A stretch of 64,000 nucleotides of DNA from Porphyridium purpureum (GCA_008690995.1 VRMN01000002.1:62001-126000); one strand, 5' to 3'. Counted from the first letter of the stretch, positions 32,056-43,918 are shown. Made by a program: numbers and translations. The notes: a model not told the origin generated them from the letters alone.

Positions 32056-32437
32056 AAGGCGTCTCGATCCGGTGCAGGTACACCTCAGCTGCGGCTGAAG
32101 TACAGTGCGTGCGATCGTCTGTGAGCTGCAGGAGCTGAAGTGCGAGGTGGTGGTGGTCGTGGTGGCGGTCGTGGTGGCGGTCGCGGTGGTCGTGATTCAC
32201 GGCGCATGGTCGTGTCGAGGTCGGTTCTGCGTTGTATGGCTTTGTCCTTGGCAAAGAGCAGCAGCCACAGCGGCATGCTCCATGTCCAGCCGCATCGGTT
32301 GTAGCTGCACCTTCCATGCATGCACCCACAGAACAGAAGCTGCAGCAGAGCTCCCGCCCGCGCACACGCGGCCGAGTCTCAGACTCAGTGTCAGTCACGT
32401 GTACGTGTGGGTATGTGTGTCAGCCATCAGAGCCTGG

Positions 32438-33226
32438 TCACAGTTTGGCGTCACGCTGTTGCTGCTGCCACACAACGGGTCGGTTTGGAATGAGCGTGAT
32501 TTCAAGGGGGGCGACGGTGGGTGCCGTGCGGCAAATGTACAGCACGGCCGCCGCAACATCCTCCGGCTGGATGAGCGTGTTCGGATCGCCCGTGCCCAAC
32601 GGTCCCGAACGCAGCCCGAGCTCCGTGGCCGCCAACCCAAAGTTCAGCACCGATACTTTGATGTCGTAAGGGCGCAGCGTGTTGGACATGACACTCGCAA
32701 AGGCGTTCACTCCGGCCTTGCTGGCAAGATACGGCTCGATGCCGACGTACGCAGGGTTCACCGCGTCCCTGATGGCAAAGGTGCCGAGGTACACCACCGT
32801 GCTGCTCTGGTTGCGCGCCTTGTTTTGGATCATATACGGCACCGCAAATCGCGTCAGATGCATCACGCCATGCAGCAGATTGATCTTCATGACCTGGTCC
32901 CACACGGCCACGTCGACGCGCGTGATCTCGCGCCGCCGGTTCTGCCCCGCGCCGCAGATGAGAATGTTGATCCCGCCGAGCTCCTCGGCGCAGCGGCGCA
33001 GCGCGGCCTGCATCGCGTCATCGTCGACCACATCGCATGCTTCAAACAGACACGGCACGCCGAAGCGCTGCACAATCTCGGCGCGCACGCGCTCGAGCGC
33101 CGCGGCGTCGCGCCCGACCAAGAACAAGCGGCAGCCGCTGCGGCCCAGCTCCAGCGCAATGTGCCTGCCCACGCCGCGACTCGCGCCCGTCACGAACGCC
33201 ACCTGGTCCTTCAAGTCGGCCTGCAT
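32438..33226 (-). CDS. Short-chain dehydrogenase/reductase, likely peroxisomal
   Basis: VTGASRGVG, YLASK catalytic motif, C-terminal AKL (PTS1). Confidence 0.93.
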   Translation of the reverse strand: MQADLKDQVAFVTGASRGVGRHIALELGRSGCRLFLVGRDAAALERVRAEIVQRFGVPCLFEACDVVDDDAMQAALRRCAEELGGINILICGAGQNRRREITRVDVAVWDQVMKINLLHGVMHLTRFAVPYMIQNKARNQSSTVVYLGTFAIRDAVNPAYVGIEPYLASKAGVNAFASVMSNTLRPYDIKVSVLNFGLAATELGLRSGPLGTGDPNTLIQPEDVAAAVLYICRTAPTVAPLEITLIPNRPVVWQQQQRDAKL

Positions 33227-34153
33227 GGTGCCGCGCCACCACGCGCCCGCATCTGCCACCGCCACACCCTCCCCCCTCCACCCCCGCATCAGCGCGCGCG
33301 CACGCATTCCGCACCCGCAGCGGCTTACACCGCACCAACGTCCACGGTACACTGAGTACACTGAGTACGGTATGTACAGTGCGTGCCGCGCGAACCCTAG
33401 CGCACGTGCAGCAGCGCCAGTCCGCAAAACGGCGCGGTTTTGCTATGCGCCGCGTGAAACGGCAGCTGCGCGCGCTCGCGTCGTTTTGCGCAAAAGGCCG
33501 CAGTGGAAAAAGGCTCTCGCTGGTGAGGAGGTGAGGAGGTGGAGCGGAAAGTGGACATCGCGAGGAATCTTGGAGATACGCGAGAAGAAGATATAGAGAC
33601 AGACCCACACGCGCATTTGTTCCGAGCTGACAAGAAACGCGCGCGCGCGCGCGTAATCGTAAACTCGTACGTACATACACGCGTTCGCGTGGGAGGTGTG
33701 TTCGTCCGTGGCTGCGTGGCTTGCGCTTGGTTGGCTTCCAGTATCATTTTTCATTTCGCTGCGTTTCCATCTTCCGCTTGAGAACGGCGAGGTGGAAACC
33801 GGGAAGGGGTTGACTCTGTGTGAGTACGTTGGAGCAGACTCCCAAGCATGATGCTCTAAGCAACGTCGTTGTTTTCCCTCTGTTCCGCCGAGTCTCGTCT
33901 CGTCCGAGTGCGCGCGTCAAGGGGGCTCGAGGTGGGCGTTTCGCGCGCCATACTTGCAAACCGGGCTGACGGTCGCACAAGCCCAGGATTCAGCGCCAGA
34001 GTTGCGCTCAAGAAACTGGACACCCGCGCCGCAAAACGCAAGTGGGTCTTAGCGCTGTGCTCGTCAAAGCACCTGACAACGCGCTAGCCGACAAGAAATT
34101 CAATTTGTGCTTGAGTTTTTTTTAAACCTTTTCCAAGGCTGAACAGGGGCTCG

Positions 34154-34885
34154 ATGGACACGGGTCATTCTGACTGTAATGACGACGCGCCCGGCTGTGC
34201 AATCTGCATGGCGGAGCGCGCGGACATCGCTGAGGACGAGCTCGCGATGCTGCCATGTGGCCATGTGTTTTGCATCCACTGCCTTGTGAGCTGGAGCCTG
34301 CTGCAGTGTAAATGCCCGCTGTGTACCGCAGCGTTCAGCACAATGACCGTGCGGAGGGATCCCTCCACGGGCCGTCCGCTCAGCTACGGTGGGGAAGCTG
34401 GTGGCAGCGGTGATGACGCGGCCGAGCTGGCCTGGTTCGAGTGCGCGGTTGGAACTATGCAACGCGCCAGCTGGGTCCGCATCACCGAGCTGTGCTCTGC
34501 GCGTGAGGATATCATGGCGTCAATCCACCTCCAAAACAGCGTGGCATACGCCTTGGCTGACGGGCGTGGCGATAGCACATTGTTGTATCAGCGCAGCGAG
34601 CAGCACGAGGACGAGCTTGAGGAGGCATGTTTTGCTGAGGCTGGTGAGCTCTGGGAATCCTCTCGACGCGCCATGCGCCAAGGCGCTGGTTCCGGCAGAA
34701 AATCACGCGAGAAGAATAGCCTCGGCGCGACAAGCCTTCAGACCGCCCAGACGGGACCGATTCAGCGCGGCAGTGGAAATGCGCTTCACTGGGAGCGCGT
34801 CATGAACCGACCCGCCGCCATGCCTTCTGCTTCTTCTTCGTCTTCGCGAAAGGGCAAGCGCAACCGTGCGCAAGTAGTCATTTGA
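34154..34885 (+). CDS. C3HC4 RING finger protein
   Basis: CAIC...PCGHVFCIHCLVSW...CPLC. Confidence 0.92.
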   Translation: MDTGHSDCNDDAPGCAICMAERADIAEDELAMLPCGHVFCIHCLVSWSLLQCKCPLCTAAFSTMTVRRDPSTGRPLSYGGEAGGSGDDAAELAWFECAVGTMQRASWVRITELCSAREDIMASIHLQNSVAYALADGRGDSTLLYQRSEQHEDELEEACFAEAGELWESSRRAMRQGAGSGRKSREKNSLGATSLQTAQTGPIQRGSGNALHWERVMNRPAAMPSASSSSSRKGKRNRAQVVI

Positions 34886-35005
34886 CCGTGCGTACATGTC
34901 GACCTTTTTATTTTTTGCTTTACGCTCGTTCCATTTTGGTGGTTGTTTTCAACATGTTGCTTTTCTTCCCCCTCCTTTCGTTTCTGATGTCATAAGAAAA
35001 ATGGG

Positions 35006-35713
35006 TCAGGTTGCAAAGCCAGCTGATTTCCAGCCCGCCTTCTTCTCAAGCGCTAGTCGCATATTCTTGATCCGCTTGCGATTCACGTTTTGGTCGTCCG
35101 CGCCTGTCCTGGCCTGAGACCGATAGTCGACTGTCTTGTTGTCCGGGGCAAAGAGCGCCTCAAAGTCATCCACAAAACCAAAGGTGGGGCTCTCAAACTC
35201 TGCCGAAATGTACCAGCCGTCACCCCTGTCAGACTTGACCGGCTTGGACACTATGATCGTGGCGCCCGGCTGCTCGTTGATCACTTCGGTCACCTCGGCC
35301 ACCGCCTGAGAAAGCGTCTTGCCCGAGTAGTTCCACGGCGGAATGTACATCTGCGAGTCAATACTGTTGCTTGTGGAGACGCAGTTTTTCGACAGCGGGC
35401 ATAAGTTGAGGTATCGGCCTCCTCCCTGCGGCCCCAAGTACCCAGGCCGAGACGACGGCCACTTGAAGATCGGCGCCGCAGATGCCGCGTCGATGCCCGC
35501 TCCCGCCGCACACGCAGCTACTGCACCTACCGCTGCGCTGAGAAACGCGCGCCGCGGCGTGCTCCCAAGATCCAGCGTCGCATCTGTCTCGCTAGCCGAC
35601 CGCGCCGGGCCCTCGGCGCCAGGCGTTGTCTCACACATCCTCACCGCAGCGCGCTGGCCCGTGCGCGTCGCACGCAATTGCAGCTGCGGCTGCACAAATG
35701 CTGCAGCGTTCAT
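35006..35713 (-). CDS. DUF1499 family protein, thylakoid-lumen targeted
   Basis: MNAAAFV transit peptide; Tat motif RRAFL...AASA; CPLSKNCVST; FGFVDDFE; YRSQARTG.DD.NVNRKRI. Confidence 0.9.
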   Translation of the reverse strand: MNAAAFVQPQLQLRATRTGQRAAVRMCETTPGAEGPARSASETDATLDLGSTPRRAFLSAAVGAVAACAAGAGIDAASAAPIFKWPSSRPGYLGPQGGGRYLNLCPLSKNCVSTSNSIDSQMYIPPWNYSGKTLSQAVAEVTEVINEQPGATIIVSKPVKSDRGDGWYISAEFESPTFGFVDDFEALFAPDNKTVDYRSQARTGADDQNVNRKRIKNMRLALEKKAGWKSAGFAT

Positions 35714-36026
35714 CAAATACGGATCGGCTCACGTGCACACCAGTCGAACACGGCGTCTGCTCGGAAGCTGCGAGCGTGGCGCGCACCGTCCGCAATGTCT
35801 CTTTGTCGGTCCCCACCGATCTCGCCGCCTCCACACAGATCGAACGAAACATCTCGCTTACAACTGAACACCCCCTAATGGAGTGTCCAGTTGAAGTATA
35901 CCGCTAGTACAGCGGGGAGGTACAGTCGATCGTTGTGGAACTCGAACTCCGCGCGAGTAGCTGGGGCACGGACATTGGTGTCACTGGTGTGTTGCGGCGG
36001 CGTTGGCTGTGCCCAGGCGGCACGGC

Positions 36027-36875
36027 ATGGTGTCGTTTCTCGGTTTTGGCGCGCGCCGCGAGCAGGCAGGCTCCATTGATAAATCGGGCGACGGCTTTCC
36101 CGCCGCACGGCCGCCGCGCGAGGTGCCGGCGGGCGACCACGCGAGCACGCGCTTTGGGATCGGCGGCTCCCGCAGCGATGTGCCGCAGTATGACCACGTG
36201 TCGCCTGGCATCCCGCCAGAATTGTTTCCGTACGGCCTCCCGCAGCCGCCGCGCAGCTTCCTTATTGCCGGGATCGGGTGGGGATACGGATTGGGCTGCT
36301 CGCTGGGGCCATTCTATGGCACAGGCGTGGGCTTTGGCTGGCCCGGCGGCGTCGTTCTAGGCGCAGGCGCCGGTATCGGCGCCGTGTGTGGCGCAGGTTT
36401 TGGTGGGGGCGCACTCGCAGGGAATGGAAACGCCTACCTGCCGTTCGGCCTCATGCGCTCGTTCTTTTTCGCGCCCAAAGTGTTGTGGGCCGAGCGCGCC
36501 ATTGAGCGTTGGCGCATCGAAAACGAGCGCCGTATCCACCTCCGCCGCGTGCAGCGCTACAAACGCGGCGGCTTGTCGTCCTCGCAGCGTTTCTGGGCTG
36601 CGGTTGCGCAGCAGCTGTCGCGTTTCAACACCAAGCTCGTACAGTCGGGCGCAGACTTGGACGCCAAGCATCGCCAGAGGCAAACGGCCGAGACGCACAG
36701 GCCCGGAACAGACAGCGAGCGCGTCGACGATGAAGCAAGCGCTGTGCTACCGGCACCACCACCAGCTCATTTGTCTACTGCCGAGTCGCAACGCATGTTG
36801 ATGCACAAAATCCAGGCGCTGCAGCTCGAGAACGAAGCGCTGCGGCAAAAGCTGCTTTCGCCTGCGCACCAATGA
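36027..36875 (+). CDS. Glycine-rich (GxGxG) putative membrane protein
   Basis: GIGWGYGLGCSLGPFYGTGVGFG...GAGAGIGAVCGAGFG; C-terminal coiled coil. Confidence 0.7.
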   Translation: MVSFLGFGARREQAGSIDKSGDGFPAARPPREVPAGDHASTRFGIGGSRSDVPQYDHVSPGIPPELFPYGLPQPPRSFLIAGIGWGYGLGCSLGPFYGTGVGFGWPGGVVLGAGAGIGAVCGAGFGGGALAGNGNAYLPFGLMRSFFFAPKVLWAERAIERWRIENERRIHLRRVQRYKRGGLSSSQRFWAAVAQQLSRFNTKLVQSGADLDAKHRQRQTAETHRPGTDSERVDDEASAVLPAPPPAHLSTAESQRMLMHKIQALQLENEALRQKLLSPAHQ

Positions 36876-37105
36876 ACACGCACTACGCCAGCTTTTTGAG
36901 AACGCAACGCTTCATGATGGACCCTGGCCGTGACTGGGCTATGTGGGTTTGTGTGTGCATGTGCGCGCGTATGTTTGTGTCTATTTGCATGTGCATTTGC
37001 GCGTGTGTGGGTGGACCCACAAGTCGCCGAAGAACATATTACGTGTTGCGGGGACTGTTGGGCTTCGTGCAAGGCCGTGGCAGACACGCTGTGCCGCGAA
37101 AGCGC

Positions 37106-38455
37106 TCACGCCCAAGAAAGTGTCTCAGTCGGAGATATTTGACACGCTCCGACAAGAAGACGGTACGCGTCGTCCATTTCCCGCAGCCATGTCTCATTCG
37201 CGAGGTGCGCTGGCGCGGTGTCTTGTACTTCTTGCAGGCTGAGAATCTTGTCGCGCTTCTTGCTCTGAATCGAGTTGTGGCGGGCGGCCAGCAACGCTGG
37301 ATTCCACGAAGAGTCACCATCCTGTTCAGCGCCCACGCTGAGGCCCCAGAAGTGTGCGATGCGCGCATACGCCGTGCGGAAGGAGATCTGCTCAAGCTCC
37401 TCAACAGACGTTTCAAGCACGCGCAGTCGGCCCGATGCAATCGCAGCGGCGTGCCGGCGCAGCAGCGCCTGCCAGCGGCACTCGGTGTCATCCACGTACC
37501 ACAAGTATTTTTGGAATCGGTTCAGTTGCGTGCGCCACACGTCCAGCGGTGGTCGCAGAAGCACGTGCGCGTGATGCGGTGACGCAAACCAACGCAACTG
37601 TGACGTTTCATCACTGCGCATGGAGCCATTGTCCTGCCTGCGTTCATTTCCAGGTTTGCGGTCAATGTGAGCCCATGCGTCTTGCGACGCCGGCCCAAGA
37701 GCCATCAGGCTCAGCGCGAGCTGAATGCGATCCCGTCGCATGCGTACGATGCGCACGGTTCCTGGCAGCACCTCTAGCAACGAGTCTGCCATACCAAACG
37801 CCAGCGGCACGTGCCCGGTAAAGATATGAGTATGCACGCCTGGTCCGTGGCGTCGCATCTGATCGAGGTAAAAGGGCAGTCGGTTCTGTCGCACAAACGC
37901 CAATGCGGCCGCCTCGAACGACTTTTCGCTTTCTCCTTCGTATCCCTGGCCCCCTTTAACGCCCTGTATAGCATCGGGGGTCCGGATCTCACCGTCTTGG
38001 TCGCTCACGCTGGCGACCGCCGCACGAGGGAGACTGACCAGCTGCCGGTAGTAGCGGTCAACGAAAAGCTTGGTTGGCATGGAATTGTGTTCAGTCTGAT
38101 GCGTCACAAATGGCTGTGGTCGACTGGCCGACTGCGCATTTTGATGCCTGGCCAGGTCCAAGAATACCGCAGCGAGATGCGCAGTGGCGCATCGTCCTGT
38201 GCTGAATACAAAACCAAACACTGGACTGTCGTCCGCTGCTGCATTGGCTGACGTGTGCGGTGCGCCGTGACGCGTGCTGGCTCCCGAATCAGATGTATGG
38301 AATAAACCAGTCGAAAGAGTCGCGGTGTACCGACCGAGTCCTAAAGCAAAGATAGTCCAAACGCCGACTGCTGCGGCTATTCCAAGCAGCAGAACAGCCA
38401 CCAGCGCGACACGCACGACACGTTGTGGTACGGACACGTGCTGTTCGCCGGCCAT
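37106..38455 (-). CDS. Type II membrane sulfotransferase-like (P-loop fold) protein
   Basis: TM segment VALVAVLLLGIAAAVGVWTIF; FVFSTGRCATAHLA (STGRSGT-like) and RIVRMRRDR motifs. Confidence 0.6.
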   Translation of the reverse strand: MAGEQHVSVPQRVVRVALVAVLLLGIAAAVGVWTIFALGLGRYTATLSTGLFHTSDSGASTRHGAPHTSANAAADDSPVFGFVFSTGRCATAHLAAVFLDLARHQNAQSASRPQPFVTHQTEHNSMPTKLFVDRYYRQLVSLPRAAVASVSDQDGEIRTPDAIQGVKGGQGYEGESEKSFEAAALAFVRQNRLPFYLDQMRRHGPGVHTHIFTGHVPLAFGMADSLLEVLPGTVRIVRMRRDRIQLALSLMALGPASQDAWAHIDRKPGNERRQDNGSMRSDETSQLRWFASPHHAHVLLRPPLDVWRTQLNRFQKYLWYVDDTECRWQALLRRHAAAIASGRLRVLETSVEELEQISFRTAYARIAHFWGLSVGAEQDGDSSWNPALLAARHNSIQSKKRDKILSLQEVQDTAPAHLANETWLREMDDAYRLLVGACQISPTETLSWA

Positions 38456-39303
38456 GTGCGTGGCTTCCAATCGCTGCGTTGCGCCGCATTCCCGCGCATG
38501 CACCGGTCGGCGGAGGCGCGCATCCTCTGCGCGCGGCTTCACCGCCGTGGACGTCGCCATGCTCCGGCCACAGCTCCAGTTCGATACTCCCGATGTCGCA
38601 CCCACTCACAACATGCCGCGTGCGTCTCGCCGCTGTACAGTGCGGCAAATGTCGACGGCAATTGAGCGTGCCGCGGAAAAGGTGCGCGTGTTTTTGTTGA
38701 CGTGCGGCGTGCGTACCGTCGATGCAGGCCGGCGCAGTCGACAATATAGGCACGCCAACGCGACTGCGTGCGTCAAGCAGACTGCTGCTGGGCATGAGCG
38801 GGCGGGGCTGGATTGCGGGCTGTACAACTGGGCGTGGCGGGCTGGTCTAGCGGAGGTTTGGAAACGAGCGCACGCGGCTCCACAGAGCGTGGTGTAGCGG
38901 CGTGGCTTGGTTGGGCTTTGTGTGAGGAGCAAGAGCACGTCCGGACGTGTCCTGCATCTGTTTCTTGACGGCCCAATAGCTCAAGTCACAAGGGGGAAAA
39001 AGGGAGAAGAAAGCCGCGAGTATCGTCACTTGCTGCTGCCGGTGGAGACGTGAGCGCAGTGCTTCGACAAGGGGAGGGAGCAAGGTTCAGGCGGTGCGCA
39101 ATTCGAAGCAATCTCGTTTGCCGATACAAATCCCGTGCAAAGCGAAGAAGGGTCTCGGTGAGTGCAGAATTGGTTGACGGGCGGCGTGTACGGTTGATCT
39201 TAAAAAGTGAGACAGTGTGCTGTTGCGCGACCCTGGACAGTCCGCTGGGCACCTGTTGCACCTCTGCTTGACGCAAAAGCTTACAGGCGACGAGGAATGT
39301 GCC

Positions 39304-40284
39304 ATGTGGCAGTGGCTACTGACCTGCTGCGGACTCTGTGACCCTGCCTCAGATCCTGGCGCCGTGAGCAATGGCAATGGCGTGAGCCACAGCCAGAGCG
39401 GGACCGGTAACGCGAACAGCAATGGAAAGTACATGTACGCACTGGATCCGGGGCATGTGGACTTTGACATTGAAATGAGCAAGCGCGCGCTTGATTCGCA
39501 CTGCGGCGGTGACGCAAAGCACGCGCAGAAGCGCAGCAAGGTATTGCTAGGCAAATCGTTCGTTGTACTCGAGCGCGAGTTCAAGAACCGCGGCTACGAC
39601 GACACAGCCATTGCGTCAATGAGGTCCGTGTTCTCATGGATTTGTGATTCGGCCTCCGAGACGTCTTTGCAGCTCTCGCTCTACCCCGATTCAGAGGACA
39701 AAATCACTAACATTGAGGACGATCCTGAGTATCAGGAGTGGATGTCGCAGTTGGCCGACATTAACGACACCAAAATGCTATTCTTTGATGAAGAGGAGGA
39801 GGAGCAACGGCAGCGAAAGAATGAGAAGCCTCGGCAACAGCAGCCGTCTGAGCGTCAGCCTCCTGCCATGCCATCGTCTACTTTGCCAGGGCATGCGCAG
39901 GTGTCGCCCCAAGAGGCTGGACAAGGCTCTGAAAATCAACCAAAGCACTCTTCGTCAGAGCGCAATCGTCAGATGGAGCAACGCACCGCTGTGGAAGCGC
40001 TGACGCTGGAGCGGCCCGAATCGCCCCGTAGTGGAGAAAGAATTGCACCGGAACTGTACGCACGCGCCGATGAGCAGCAAGCGGCGATGCGCGAGTCACG
40101 TGAACACGAGAACCAGGTCGCGATTGCAGAGCGTATTGTGAACCATAAACAGGAGCGCACGCTCAGCCAGCCGGAAAATGAGACGTCGCCTGATGGCGCC
40201 GCGTATATTGTGATGCGGCAGGATCATGAATCTGAAACGGCTGGTGAATTGGCATACGCACCATCAAGCGTGGACACACTCTAG
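39304..40284 (+). CDS. Hypothetical protein with Cys-rich N-terminus and disordered C-terminus
   Basis: Long ORF starting MWQWLLTCCGLC; E/Q-rich tail. Confidence 0.65.
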   Translation: MWQWLLTCCGLCDPASDPGAVSNGNGVSHSQSGTGNANSNGKYMYALDPGHVDFDIEMSKRALDSHCGGDAKHAQKRSKVLLGKSFVVLEREFKNRGYDDTAIASMRSVFSWICDSASETSLQLSLYPDSEDKITNIEDDPEYQEWMSQLADINDTKMLFFDEEEEEQRQRKNEKPRQQQPSERQPPAMPSSTLPGHAQVSPQEAGQGSENQPKHSSSERNRQMEQRTAVEALTLERPESPRSGERIAPELYARADEQQAAMRESREHENQVAIAERIVNHKQERTLSQPENETSPDGAAYIVMRQDHESETAGELAYAPSSVDTL

Positions 40285-40455
40285 TCGAAACCATGCGCAC
40301 AGAACGCTTGTGGGTGCTTAATCAATGTATACACACGTACATGAGTGCACTCCATGCTTGTTCAGAAGCAGAACAGCTTTGGGTGCCAGTCTACGCGCAG
40401 GCACGGCGCGCGGGATACGTCCGACGATGTGACAAGCAGGAAATGAATCCATCCT

Positions 40456-40471
40456 TGTGTGTGTGTGCGTA

Positions 40472-40503
<32 letters not shown>
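40456..40503. repeat. Interrupted (TG)n microsatellite
   Basis: Run of tgtgtg with a few substitutions. Confidence 0.9.
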
Positions 40504-40504
<1 letters not shown>

Positions 40505-40708
40505 ACGTCTGAATGTCAGCTTTTTCAATGTGGTATATAAATGGATGACAACATGTGGCTTTGTGTCATCATAGAAATTCTGCCATGCGAGATTCTTCAT
40601 CATGTACACGGAGTTGAGTGAGCGGCCCCAACATGTCGTCAGGCACCACTCCACCACCGCTCGTCACCACACTCGCCCTCGGCTGCCGTTCGTGCCCGCT
40701 CCTTCACA

Positions 40709-43700
40709 TCACCAAAACATGGAAAGCAAAAAGTCGTCCGCGATGGCAGAGCGGGGCCGGCTGGTGTTGCCGACGACGCGGCCTACGCGCATATAGAGGC
40801 GCGCGCCGAGGTGGACGGCACTAGCTCCGTCGACACGTGTGAGCATGCTGTTGACAAAGCGCACGATCTGGTCAAACTCACCCTCTGGCAAACGGAGGAT
40901 TCGATCACGCTGATATACGAGCAGCGCCGCAGCCATGTACAGGTGCAGCTCACCTGCCGCAACATGGTCGAGCCACAGGAGCTCCCATACATTGCAAATC
41001 TCGTCGAACGGAAACTCACGCTTGTACTGCACAAGCACCCAGCGGTACAATGAATAGTAGTCTGGGTCAGTTCGCTCAAAGTACTGCGCCAGCTGCGAGT
41101 CCACAACTGACACAATGCGTCGAATGTGCGACAGCTGCTTGCGGATGCTTACCTGATCTGGGGAGAAATTACTTCCTACACGCTTCATCAGACGGCAAAA
41201 ACAGCCAAACACAAGCGCTTCGCTCTCGGTCGCCTCGCGCGGGCTCACCCAACGCATCGCACCATTTGTCTGTTGCCCCGGCTGCTCGGTCACCACATAC
41301 AGTGCGTGCACCAACGGCGATAAAAAGTCAGACATGCCCTGGCAGTACCCAATACTCTTGTCCTTCATAGCATATGCAGATAGTACGCGCTGCATTACGC
41401 TCAAGTTGGCGTTCGAGCTTTCGTCGCCTTGCTCAAATGCACCGACGCTGCGGTCCGTGCGAACCACGTCTTTCAAGATTTGTGCTCGGATCTCCGTGAC
41501 GTACGCGATATGTGCTGCAAAGTTGCTTTGCTCTGGCAAGGGCGCGGCATCACATCGGCTCGCCGTCTCAGTCGCCAAATCATTTGGCTCCTGCTTGTGA
41601 TCACGTTCCTGACCATGCCCGCCACTCACCGCGCCCTGTGCAGACGCCAGTGGGAGCCACTCATCCGAGCTGGTACGCCCTTGTCTCTGCAAGTCGCAAG
41701 ACGGCAACGAGCCTTCAAGCTGCTCTTGCGCCTCGAATGCTTCAAGATCGACCCCACCCAAAGCCAAATCCAGGCCGTTGCTTGCGCCCGTCGCGCTGTC
41801 GCTCTTCTGCTGTTCGGCAAGCGTGAGCAAAGCACGCATCCAAACGCGCGTCCATTCCGCGTACTCCTGCACCAGCTCGTCGATGACATGCTGACGCGTC
41901 GTCGCGTCCGAGTCCCACGCAAACACACCAAGAATAAACGGAATGCATTCACGTCGCGCGTCGCGGGCCAGCCCGCCCTCAAAAATCGCCTGGCGAAGCG
42001 TCAGCGGATCAACCACCTGCATTGCGCTCGGGCCTGCGGCACTGGCGCTCATATTGTAAAGTATCGCATCGAGAGTGACTTGGACGCGCTGCGCCTCAAA
42101 GCCGTGTCGTCCCAGCGGCAAGGGCTCGACCAGCATAGACATTGAGCGCTCCGCCACGCTTTCGTCGCCGTCGTCGTGCGAATCTGCCGAGGGAACAGCG
42201 GAGCTCTGGGGCGGCCGATAATTTCTCACGCCGCGCATCTGATGTTTGCTCCTGCGCGAAAGAGACTGTCCGGGACCCTCAGGACTTGCGCTGGGACGGC
42301 CCGAAACCTGGTCGCCTGGACCGTAACTGGGCTGGGCGTTGGTGAATATACGACCCAGCTCGTTCTGCACGCCGCGCGCGGCAATCGTAATGCGCGAGAA
42401 TGGCTGTAGCAAATGGATACGCCACTGATCATCCTCAATCTGTTTGCGCAGCTCCTGCTCCACTTCGCGGCGCAGCGAGTCCTGCTTGTCGAGCTCCTCG
42501 AGCGACCGCACGGTACCTGTGTTTGCGGTTCCTTCTGCGCCGCGTTCATATGTCCTCTGCGTGGCGGACAAGGAACCAGTGCGATCAGTACCAGACGCAA
42601 CGCTCCTCCGCTCAGCGCTGTCGCTGTATCCCTTCTGGTTCAGCACCTTTCTCATTCGCTGCGGTATGAACTTTTCACCCGTCACGCCGTACAGGGCGGC
42701 GTCGACCGCATCTGCGTCATATGGGTCCCAAAACTGCAGAAACGATGATGATGCGCGGTGCGTGGCCTGTGCCTGCTGCACCAGGTACAAGTGGCGGTCT
42801 TCTCGGAACGGCGACACGCCCGCGTACCCGGACAGACCCACTAAGAATTGTTCAGCGGCGAGGTCACTGCGCAATTTAAGCTCTATGAGTACTCGTGCGC
42901 CTCTCAATGTGATGCGGAACCACCCGCTCACCGGTGAAATCTGCGGGTTGCGTGGGTCTGCCTGCAGTGCTCGCACTGTCAAAAAGTGGGACAGGGCAAT
43001 CGGAGCACCGAGCACACCCAACTTTTTGGTCAGAATGTGCTCCACCAGCAATTGCGCGCATGTTGCCAGCGCCGTGCGCCGTCGCGAGGCTATATCTGTT
43101 TCTGCGTCAGCTGCTAGCAAGCTCGAGCCGAGGACGCCGCGGCTCGACGACTTTCTTCTCGACGATTTTGATTTAGACGCTTTTGCTCCGGATGCCTTGA
43201 AAGCATTGCTGCTACTCTCTTTCCGCCGTTGCGACTCAGGATGAGAATCAAGCAGCGGTTGTAGCTCTGCATCCTTGCTCCTGGAAGGGCCTCCTTTCAA
43301 TGACGTGCTCCGAGCAGATTCAGCGTCACCGCGCGGCGAGAGCTCGACATCGTCGTGCTCCCATCCTCCAGAAACCGATTCAAGCACTGCCGTGACGCCA
43401 GCTAAAAGCTCGCCCGTGTACGGCTCAATCCGAAAGAACACTTCATACGGCGCATCTGCCACGGGTGCCGCGCTGCTGTTCTTGCTCCTGCTATCGATGC
43501 GCGGAGGCGGCGGTGGCGCGGCGGGGTTGATAGCATGATCCGCCGCGGCGAGCGCGGAGTGCGATGACGTGGACGGCAGCTCCACCAAACAGATACGCGC
43601 CTTGACCGGCCAGCGCGCCGGGAACAAGCGTTCCAGCGCCTCGTCCACGGGCAGGGCACCGCCGACCAGCTGCTGCAACGCACGGCGCTTGCTTTCGCCT

Positions 43701-43918
43701 GTCTGCTCGGCCGCGGCGTGACCATCTGCATCCCGTCTTCTTTGCGCGTGCAGCTCGAGCAAGACGTCCGCCGCGTCGTCGTGGTACAGCATGGCCAATG
43801 CGGAGCGCAGCTTGATGCAAGATTCCCGCACGCCGCGCGCGTTGCACTGTCGTGACGCAGCTGTTGAGTCGCGGACTGGTGAGCTTCGGGCGCGTGCTTC
43901 GGCAATGGCGTGGCGCAC
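40709..43918 (-). CDS. TBC-domain Rab GTPase-activating protein (Gyp7/TBC1D15-like)
   Basis: QILKDVVRTDR (arginine finger), GYCQGMSDFLSP (glutamine finger), YRWVLVQYKREF. Start uncertain; may be ATG 43792. Confidence 0.93.
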   Translation of the reverse strand: MRHAIAEARARSSPVRDSTAASRQCNARGVRESCIKLRSALAMLYHDDAADVLLELHAQRRRDADGHAAAEQTGESKRRALQQLVGGALPVDEALERLFPARWPVKARICLVELPSTSSHSALAAADHAINPAAPPPPPRIDSRSKNSSAAPVADAPYEVFFRIEPYTGELLAGVTAVLESVSGGWEHDDVELSPRGDAESARSTSLKGGPSRSKDAELQPLLDSHPESQRRKESSSNAFKASGAKASKSKSSRRKSSSRGVLGSSLLAADAETDIASRRRTALATCAQLLVEHILTKKLGVLGAPIALSHFLTVRALQADPRNPQISPVSGWFRITLRGARVLIELKLRSDLAAEQFLVGLSGYAGVSPFREDRHLYLVQQAQATHRASSSFLQFWDPYDADAVDAALYGVTGEKFIPQRMRKVLNQKGYSDSAERRSVASGTDRTGSLSATQRTYERGAEGTANTGTVRSLEELDKQDSLRREVEQELRKQIEDDQWRIHLLQPFSRITIAARGVQNELGRIFTNAQPSYGPGDQVSGRPSASPEGPGQSLSRRSKHQMRGVRNYRPPQSSAVPSADSHDDGDESVAERSMSMLVEPLPLGRHGFEAQRVQVTLDAILYNMSASAAGPSAMQVVDPLTLRQAIFEGGLARDARRECIPFILGVFAWDSDATTRQHVIDELVQEYAEWTRVWMRALLTLAEQQKSDSATGASNGLDLALGGVDLEAFEAQEQLEGSLPSCDLQRQGRTSSDEWLPLASAQGAVSGGHGQERDHKQEPNDLATETASRCDAAPLPEQSNFAAHIAYVTEIRAQILKDVVRTDRSVGAFEQGDESSNANLSVMQRVLSAYAMKDKSIGYCQGMSDFLSPLVHALYVVTEQPGQQTNGAMRWVSPREATESEALVFGCFCRLMKRVGSNFSPDQVSIRKQLSHIRRIVSVVDSQLAQYFERTDPDYYSLYRWVLVQYKREFPFDEICNVWELLWLDHVAAGELHLYMAAALLVYQRDRILRLPEGEFDQIVRFVNSMLTRVDGASAVHLGARLYMRVGRVVGNTSRPRSAIADDFLLSMFW

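Noticed and set aside
32105..33596. Long plus-strand ORFs (416 and 305 aa) and similar antisense ORFs over gag, pol and the acidic protein
   Set aside because: Shadow frames of real genes in GC-rich DNA; no motifs.
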